Shown here: positions 57,247-64,000 of the stretch, piece after piece | Layout: each line of letters begins with the position of its first letter | How positions within the stretch are numbered: the first letter of the stretch is position 1 | Source: an uncultured delta proteobacterium | GTDB taxonomy: Bacteria > Desulfobacterota > Desulfobacteria > Desulfobacterales > Desulfatirhabdiaceae | Assembly: GCA_963789395.1 (NCBI GenBank) | Contig: CAWBKP010000015.1 | Span: 73,668 to 137,667 of the forward strand | DNA: 64,000 nucleotides | Direction of reading: 5' to 3' | Translations under genes and position numbers: made by a program | Notes under the pieces: generated by a model | Database searches by the model: none | What the model was told of the DNA's origin: nothing | Seen by the model: only the letters and a program-made list of their open reading frames with translations

Positions 57247-58724
57247 TCACTGCCCGTATCATTTTTGAAATTCACCATTTGATCAATCAGGGGTTTTCCG
57301 TTCGCAAAATTGCCAGATCTCTTCACATTGGCAGAAGAACGGTTAAAAAATATCTGAAAAATCCATCACTGGAAAAACCCCGTATTAAGCGTGCAAGCAA
57401 ACTGGACCCGTTTAAAGATCAGATCAATCTTTTGCTTGAAACAGATCCTGAGGTCAGTGCACAGGTCATCGGCCAGAAACTGATCGGGTACACGGGCGGT
57501 AAATCCATTCTCAGCGATTACATCAAAACCATCAGGCATCAACATAATAGAAAAGCCTTTATCCGTTTCGAATCCCTTGCCGGAGAACAGTTTCAGGTGG
57601 ACTGGGGCCATTTTGGATCTTTAACCTACGGCAAAGCCGGAAGAAAACTTTACTGCATGGGGGTTATCGAATGCCACAGCCGCATGCTGTATCTTGAATT
57701 TACCCACAGTCAGTGCCAGGAGTCTTTGCATCAGTGTCTTTTAAACGCCTTTTCATTTTTTGGCGGTACCCCCAAGGAACTGGTTCATGACAACATGCTC
57801 ACTGCCGTTACAGAGCGAGATGGTTCGCTGATCCGCTTTAATGATGCCTTTTTGAATTTCCTCAGGCCCTTTCAAATCGTTCCCAAAGCCTGCCATCCCA
57901 GGCAACCGCAGGAAAAGGGGAAGGTGGAAAAAGGTGCCATCCACTATATCCGGCATAACTTCTGGCCGCTTAGAACATTCAAGGATCTGGCGGATGTTCA
58001 GGCCCAGGCCGCAAAATGGCGGGATGAAATCGCCAATGTCAGAGTCCACCGAACCACCGGGGAGCGGCCAGTTGATCGATTTAATCCCGATGCCCTTCAT
58101 CCCTTGCCGGATGTCCTGCCCGATTGCAGGCAAATTCAGAGCGTCAAAGTTTATAAGGATTTTGCCGTAAACTTTGATGCAAATACATATTCAGCTCCTC
58201 CCTGGCTCATCGGAAAACGGCTTACGCTACGGGCTGATCGCCATACGGTCTGGCTTTTTTTTAAAGAAAAACAGGTGGCCATTCACAGTCGCTGCTGGGA
58301 TAAACTCCAGAGAATCGAGCTACCCGGACACCGAAGCGAAGCTGAGAAACATCGGCAGAAACACCGGATCTCGGAAGAAGCTGCTATTTTGATGAGCATG
58401 GGCGAAGAGATGAAAACCTACCTTGAAAATCTGGCAACCACCCATCACAACATCAGAAAAACTGCAGCGAAACTGCTTTCCCTAAAAGAGCAATACGGAG
58501 CCCAGGCCCTTATCCAGGCCGTTTGTCATGCAGCTTCTTACAACGCTTATGGCCCGGAATACGTCGAAAATATCCTGCACCAGCAGCAAAAGCCGACAGC
58601 CTGTCATCCCCCTGTCAAACTTCGAAACGAGGCCCTGAACCGCATTCGCATAGAACAGCCGCTCTTGGCTGAATATGATGCCTTTGTGGTGAAAAGGAGA
58701 CAAAAACATGACCGATCAGCTTAA
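57243..58724 (+). CDS. istA: IS21 transposase
   Basis: N-terminal HTH (SVRKIARSL.I.RRTVKKYL), QVDWG, VHDNM, KGKVE DDE motifs. Confidence 0.93.
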   Translation: MITARIIFEIHHLINQGFSVRKIARSLHIGRRTVKKYLKNPSLEKPRIKRASKLDPFKDQINLLLETDPEVSAQVIGQKLIGYTGGKSILSDYIKTIRHQHNRKAFIRFESLAGEQFQVDWGHFGSLTYGKAGRKLYCMGVIECHSRMLYLEFTHSQCQESLHQCLLNAFSFFGGTPKELVHDNMLTAVTERDGSLIRFNDAFLNFLRPFQIVPKACHPRQPQEKGKVEKGAIHYIRHNFWPLRTFKDLADVQAQAAKWRDEIANVRVHRTTGERPVDRFNPDALHPLPDVLPDCRQIQSVKVYKDFAVNFDANTYSAPPWLIGKRLTLRADRHTVWLFFKEKQVAIHSRCWDKLQRIELPGHRSEAEKHRQKHRISEEAAILMSMGEEMKTYLENLATTHHNIRKTAAKLLSLKEQYGAQALIQAVCHAASYNAYGPEYVENILHQQQKPTACHPPVKLRNEALNRIRIEQPLLAEYDAFVVKRRQKHDRSA

Positions 58725-59439
58725 AAATAACCTCTCAGCCCTGCACCTTAAAGCCATGGCTCAACATCTGGATGCTGTTCTTTTGCAGTCAGAAGAAAAA
58801 AATCTCTCTCTTTCCGCAACCCTTTTACATCTGACAGAGCTGGAGATGGAAAGACGGTGGCAAACCGCCATCAAACTGAGATGGGATCAATCAAGACTGC
58901 CGGAAAAACTGTCGATCGACCAGTTCGACTTCAATCACCATAAATCCAGAAAGGAGCAGAAAAACCGCATCGTCAATCTATTAAACCTGGTGTTTATCAA
59001 AGAGCGCATGGATGTGATCTTCATCGGCAATCCGGGAACCGGAAAAACCTTTCTGGCCAAATGCATCGGCCTTGCCGCATGCAACGCCAATATCAAGGTT
59101 CTGTTTACCAGCGCCATGGACATGATCAACCAGCTTATCGCAGCCGAGGCTGACCACTCGCTTCTGAAAAAACTCCATTTCTATTCATCCCCGGACTTGC
59201 TTATCGTGGACGAAATTGGTTATCTGGCATTAGGAGACAGGGGCTCACATCTGTTCTTCCAGATCATCAGCACAAGACATCAAAAAGGTTCCACCATCAT
59301 CACAACGAACCTTTCCTTTGCTGACTGGGGAAAGATATTTGATTCCACAACCGTCGCTACTGCCATCGCCGACCGGCTCGTTCACCATTCGGAAGTCCTT
59401 ATCATGGAGGGACCCAGTTATCGAAGAAAAGATAAATAA
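58708..59439 (+). CDS. istB: IS21 helper AAA+ ATPase
   Basis: GNPGTGKT, LLIVDEIGY, IITTNL.F..W, AIADRLVHH, GPSYR. Confidence 0.95.
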   Translation: MTDQLKNNLSALHLKAMAQHLDAVLLQSEEKNLSLSATLLHLTELEMERRWQTAIKLRWDQSRLPEKLSIDQFDFNHHKSRKEQKNRIVNLLNLVFIKERMDVIFIGNPGTGKTFLAKCIGLAACNANIKVLFTSAMDMINQLIAAEADHSLLKKLHFYSSPDLLIVDEIGYLALGDRGSHLFFQIISTRHQKGSTIITTNLSFADWGKIFDSTTVATAIADRLVHHSEVLIMEGPSYRRKDK

Positions 59440-59625
59440 GTCCTCATAATCCCGTCTTCGCCCTCAATGGGATATCTGCGACTCCTTACAACTATCCCAC
59501 ATACCCTCTCCTGTTGCCTTTTTCATTATGGCGACACCGCATATCTGCGCTCAAAATACACCTGAAAATACAACTGGCATCGTGTTAATCGGGAAAATTG
59601 GCTCCCATTCTCACTGGTCCCGACA

Positions 59626-59868
59626 ATGAATCAGCATCGAGATCAAAGGTTGATATGGAGTTTCTTCTTCAATTGCTTTTGCCCTGATTTTCATTAAATC
59701 CCGCTCACTCATTCGGATGTTGATCCGCTTTTGTTTGTTCAGGCTATAGCGTGCAAATTCCTCGAATCGTTTCTTTTCTTTTTTAGTAAGGTCAGAGGCC
59801 TATTCATCATTTTCAAGTGATTTCGATAATTCCATATCGTCTTTATCGAGGTAAGTTGCTTTTTTCAT
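59626..59868 (-). pseudogene. RHH/CopG-type antitoxin pseudogene (in-frame TAG at 59800-59802; 3' end cut by the IS)
   Basis: MKKATYLDKDDMELSKSLENDE*...KQKRINIRMSERDL..IRAKA.EE..PYQ.LI..LIH, then the IS end. Confidence 0.7.
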
Positions 59869-60142
59869 TTTTACCTTCAATAAACTTCCTGGATGCATTG
59901 CTGTTTGGCAGGCACATTTTTAAGAATATTATTTTACTGTCTTCGACATATGACACCGAAAAGGCATAATTGTCAATTTTAACAAGAAATATATTCTGGT
60001 TAGGATGTTTTGACGGATTCGGATGCGTTAGCCGGTCAATCAAATCACCTGGTGCTATTGCCAATTCGACCTGTTCAAAGGATACACCCCGTGTTTTCTT
60101 AAGCAATTCGTTTTTTTCATCATTTCAGTCAAAATAATTCAT
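59843..60142 (-). pseudogene. BrnT/DUF4258-like toxin pseudogene (TGA at codon 6)
   Basis: MNYFD*NDEKNELLKKTRGVSFEQV...HPN..KHPNQ.IF.V....YA..V.YV.D...IFLK. Confidence 0.7.
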
Positions 60143-60313
60143 TTGTGTGCCTATTGTATTCCTGATATTCGCCATAACAATGATTTGCGGTTGTGCCAAA
60201 CCCTTAGTCATCTACAGATAACTTGCTCGACCGGCATTGATATGCTACAGAAAACAAGAAATGCTCTCTATTGACATTTTGATAGCAACCTGGAAGGAGA
60301 AGGGGGCCGGACC

Positions 60314-61303
60314 ATGATTCTGGCAGGCGACATCGGCGGCACCAACACAAGGCTTGCGGTCATTGAGGCAACGAACGGCCGGATGCGGATCCGGTTCGAA
60401 AAGACCTTTCCCAGCCGGGAAAAGACAAGCCTGGAAGCCGTGCTGGCGGAGTTTCTCGCTTTGCATCGCTGTGATCTCACCAGCGCTTCTTCGGCATTGC
60501 CGGCCGGTACGAAGCGGACGCTGCGAGGCACGAACCTGCCGTGGGTGGTCGACTCCCGGACCGTGGCAACGCAGCTGAGTCTTGAGCGCGTCGGCCTCAT
60601 GAACGATCTGGTGGCCAACGCCTATGGGATCGCCGTCCTGCAGAGCAAGGATTTCGCGATTCTGAACCGGGGCGCCCGGAATGCGACCGGCAACCGGGCG
60701 ATCATCTCGGCGGGCACTGGCCTTGGCGAGGCAGGCATGTACTGGGACGGAGAGGCGCATCAGCCGTTCGCATCGGAAGGCGGCCACGCCGACTTTGCGC
60801 CCCGCAACCACCTTGAAATGGAGCTCCTTGACTATTCGATCAGCCGCTACGGGCGCGTGAGCTATGAACGCCTGGTCTCGGGACCGGGGCTCGGCCATAT
60901 ATATCTGTGTCTGAGGGACCGGGGCAAAGGCGAAGAGCCGCCCTGGCTCGCGGAACAGTTGCGCCATGGGGACCCGGCGCCGCTTATTTCTCAGCTCGCT
61001 CTCGAGGGGAAGAGCCCGCTGTGCCTCCAGGCGCTCGAACTCTTCGTGTCCCTTTATGGCGCCGAAGCGGGAAACCTGGCCCTCAAGCTCATGGCAACCG
61101 GCGGCGTGTACCTGGGAGGCGGCATTGCGCCGAAAATCATCTCGAAACTCAGGGAGCCCGGGTTCATGAACGCCTTCACTGCAAAGGGCCGCATGCGGCC
61201 GCTGCTGCAGGATATCCCCGTCAGGGTCATCCTGAACCCCAAGACCGCCCTGCTCGGCGCTGCAAGATATGCCGCTTTCGCGTCGCAAAAAGCCGTAAAA
61301 TGA
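60314..61303 (+). CDS. glk: Glucokinase (local compensating indels at about 60490-60530)
   Basis: ILAGDIGGTNTR, TNLPW, NDL.A.AY, GTGLG, SEGGH, ERLVSGPG, GGVYLGGGI. Confidence 0.92.
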   Translation: MILAGDIGGTNTRLAVIEATNGRMRIRFEKTFPSREKTSLEAVLAEFLALHRCDLTSASSALPAGTKRTLRGTNLPWVVDSRTVATQLSLERVGLMNDLVANAYGIAVLQSKDFAILNRGARNATGNRAIISAGTGLGEAGMYWDGEAHQPFASEGGHADFAPRNHLEMELLDYSISRYGRVSYERLVSGPGLGHIYLCLRDRGKGEEPPWLAEQLRHGDPAPLISQLALEGKSPLCLQALELFVSLYGAEAGNLALKLMATGGVYLGGGIAPKIISKLREPGFMNAFTAKGRMRPLLQDIPVRVILNPKTALLGAARYAAFASQKAVK

Positions 61304-61333
61304 TAACAACCATTTAACTTCAAGGAGTATGTT

Positions 61334-62158
61334 GTGAAAGAGAAGAAAGAAGAAACCGGATTGTGTTCCCGTCGGAGCCTGCTGGCCGGGTCTGCGGCGC
61401 TGCTGACGGGAGGGATCGTCAGCGGCATCCAGAATATTTACGCTGCCCCGGCGCCGAAGCCTCAGAGCGCGCCCCCTCTGCCATGGAAGTGGGTCAAGCT
61501 TGACCCGCTGGAGGCCGGCAGGCGGGCCTACCGCAGCTATCTGGAGAAGAAGGGCTGAGGGAACGGCACATGGCTGGGGTACTCCAGCCTTTTAAAAGAG
61601 AAAGTCGGTTATCCCTGGACAACCCTGCCGGACTACATGTTCGCTCATGCCGGGCAAGGGTATGCCGGACATGGCACGCTTTGCGGCGCCCTGGGCGTCA
61701 GTTCCTGCCTCATCAACCTCGTTGTCTACGACAAGGATGACAGCTATAAGGCAATCATAGACCGGATGATGTGGTGGTACTCGGGCATGAAATTCCCGAC
61801 CGAACGGTTCGACGATATCTCCGCGTGCCCCAAGCAGATCCAGGTTCAAGCGATGACGCCGCTCTGCCACTCATCGGTTTCGAAATGGACGATGGCAGCC
61901 GGCGCCGAGGTCACTTCCAAAGAAAAATACGAGCGCTGCGCCAAGGTGGCCGGGGAGGTCGTCTATACGGTGGTGCATTATCTCAATGAATATTTTGCGG
62001 GAAGATGGAAGCCTGCGAAATGGACGCCGTCGGAAAAAATCGCCCATTGTATCGAATGCCATGGTCCGGAAGATCATTTTCCGCGATACGAGGATGGCAT
62101 GAACCACCAGCAGGGCCATATGGAATGCCTTCTCTGCCATACGGACCACACCAAATAA
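61334..62158 (+). CDS. Tat-exported split-Soret cytochrome c / C-GCAxxG-C-C family protein, predicted selenoprotein (UGA 61556-61558)
   Basis: SRRSLL twin-Arg signal; ORFs 61334-61558 and 61637-62158 share a frame with no other stop between; GTLCGALG, CHSSVSKW, RCAKV, CIECH, CLLCH. Confidence 0.82.
61572..61589 (+). promoter_or_regulatory. Candidate bacterial SECIS hairpin
   Basis: GGCTGG-GGTACT-CCAGCC with 13 nt between the UGA and the stem; G-led apical loop. Confidence 0.6.
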
Positions 62159-62229
62159 GGCAATGTGACGTTATTTTATGAACAGCGGCGACAAAAACAA
62201 ACAGCAGCTTCTGTTTGCAATAGAAGCAT

Positions 62230-63883
62230 TTGGAACAAGACTTGATGTCGCGCAGCAGGCCTCAGGAGGCTGACGAACGGCCGGTTGCATTGGAGGAAAG
62301 CCTGAAGGAGCAGTTGAAGTTTGAGACGTTGATGGTCGCCATTTCTGCGCGCTTTGTCAACCTGCCCGCCGACCGTATAGACGGCGAGGTTGAAGACGCC
62401 CTGCGGCGCATCTGTGAATATCTGGATCTTGACCGCGCCACACTTTGGCAGGTCGATGCGGGAGAGCCCGGGATGCTGCTGTTGACGCATTTCCATCAGA
62501 TTCCGGGAATCCAGCAACCTGCAAAGCGGATGATAGCCAGAGATTTCTTTCCATGGATGTCCCGGAAGGTCCTGGGTGGGGAGACGCTCGTTATTTCGAA
62601 AATGACCGACCTTCCGCCGGAAGCAGACCGGGACCGAGAGAGTTTCCGTCTGTACGGTGCCAAGTCCAATGTGCTGGTTCCGTTATCCGTTGGAGAAGGA
62701 CCGGTATTCGGCCTGTTAAGCTTCGCCGTCACGCGCAAGGAGAGAGACTGGCCGAAAACAGTTGTTGAGAAGTTCCAGCTTATCGCCCAGGTGTTTGCCA
62801 ACGCGCTTACCCGCAAGCAGGCCGACACCGAACGCAAACGAATGGAGGGTCAACTCCTGGAGCGCCTTCGGGAGATCGAAGCGCTCAAACACCGGCTTGA
62901 AAGCGAGAATATCTATCTGCGGGAGGAGGTCAGGCACCTTATAGAGCATGCGGACATCGTGGGGAAGAGCGCCGCGATGAAGAAGGTTCTGGCTAAGGCG
63001 GAACAGGTAGCCGGAACAGATTCGACGGTTCTTCTCCTGGGGGAAACCGGAACAGGAAAAGAACTGCTGGCCAGGGCCATCCACAGAATGAGTTTACGGA
63101 AAGACCGGCCGCTGATAACGGTCAATTGCGCCGCGCTTCCGCCCACGCTGATCGAAAGCGAGCTGTTCGGCCGCGAGAAAGGCGCATACACGGGCGCCAT
63201 GACCCGGATGACCGGTCGATTTGAGATCGCCGATGGGTCGACGCTCTTTCTGGATGAGATCGGAGAGCTTCCGATTGATCTGCAGGGCAAGCTGCTCCGG
63301 GTCCTTGAGGAAGGCTCTTCGAGCGGCTGGGCTCTACAAAGACTCTGCATGTCGATGTCCGTATCATTGCCGCCACCAACCGGGACGTCGAGCAGGAAAT
63401 AAAGGACGGTAATTTTAGAAAGGACCTTTCTACCGGTTGAATGTGTTTCCCATTGTGATCCCGCCCCTCCGTGAGCGTCCTGCAGATATTCCGCTCTTGG
63501 TACGGGCGTTTGCCAAGGAATTTCAGAAGAAGATGAAAAAAGAGATTGAAAGCATTCCGAAAAAGACATTGCAAGCCCTGAAATCCTATTCCTGGCCCGG
63601 AAACGTCAGGGAGTTAAGGAATGTGATCGAACACGCCATGATCTTGAGCACGGGTAAAACCCTGCACGTTGATGTCCCGAATCGGACATCCTCAGAAACA
63701 CGTGCTGCCGGCAGCCTTGAAGATATTGAGCGCAGGCATATCCTGGCCGTTCTGGAGAAGACCGGCTGGCGTGTCGCTGGACAGGGTGGCGCCGCCGAGG
63801 TTCTGGGTCTGAAGAGAGCAACCCTCCAGTCGAAAATGAAGAAATTGGGTATCAAGCGTTCCAACCAGGCAATGCCGAAATAA
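62230..63883 (+). CDS. GAF-domain sigma54-dependent (FhlA-like) activator with Fis HTH; two frameshifts at about 63318 and 63427
   Basis: [41 protein letters not shown] (shifted frame), [16 protein letters not shown]. Confidence 0.88.
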
Positions 63884-64000
63884 AAGCATCTGCCGACATA
63901 TCAGCACATAATCCTCCCTTTCCGATTTGACGGTCTACACTAATAATCATAAATATTCATTAAAAACAGTAAAATAACAAAATATACATTCTCCGGTTTT

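Larger units (their letters stand above)
56162..59625 (+). mobile_element. IS21-family element (3464 bp) with two accessory ORFs upstream of istAB
   Basis: Imperfect terminal IRs tgtcagcgccggtgagaaagggagccaatttgtccggttaa vs (rc) tgtcgggaccagtgagaatgggagccaattttcccgattaa; subterminal repeats ccggttaaattgaatcca and ccggctaaaatgaatcca; no TSD. Confidence 0.9.

Noticed and set aside
60125..60127. TGA read as Trp (alternative genetic code)
   Set aside because: TGA terminates many genes here and RF2 is intact; neighbouring pseudogenes have TAG and TAA

Overview
Bacterial chromosomal segment, probably from an anaerobic Desulfobacterota (deltaproteobacterial) fatty-acid degrader; the taxonomy is inferred from gene content only. 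1-5.2 kb: lipid-catabolic operon with two Ltp3/Ltp4-like thiolase-fold genes, an acyl-CoA ligase-SCP2-DUF35 fusion and a DUF35-MaoC fusion. 5.5-10.6 kb: IscU-like protein, ilvE, eukaryote-type UGPase and AOR. 10.5-29.3 kb: minus-strand cluster (sulfotransferase, ketosynthase, LolA-like protein, outer-membrane protein, crotonase, TIGR01777 epimerase). This cluster is heavily frameshifted and about 12.7 kb of it (14393-27120) is poly-A/poly-T, almost certainly an assembly or consensus artefact. 29.4-55.5 kb is clean core genome: PP2C phosphatase, MscS, an MvhGA-like hydrogenase whose large subunit lacks the C-terminal extension, TusA, hybrid kinase, fadN-fadA behind a Bacillus-type FadR box, ptsI/HPr, lnt, prfB with its programmed frameshift, panC, metK, ahcY, a GT2 and tRNA-Lys(CTT). 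After the tRNA lies an accessory region with pseudogenes, a 3464-bp four-gene IS21-family element carrying two extra ORFs and internal direct repeats, a dead TA pair, glk, a Tat-exported split-Soret-type cytochrome with an in-frame UGA and SECIS-like hairpin, and a sigma54 activator. Best novelty candidates: the DUF35-scaffolded ligase/hydratase/aldolase complex, the accessory-gene IS21 element and the seleno-cytochrome. Family assignments come from motif recognition, not database searches.
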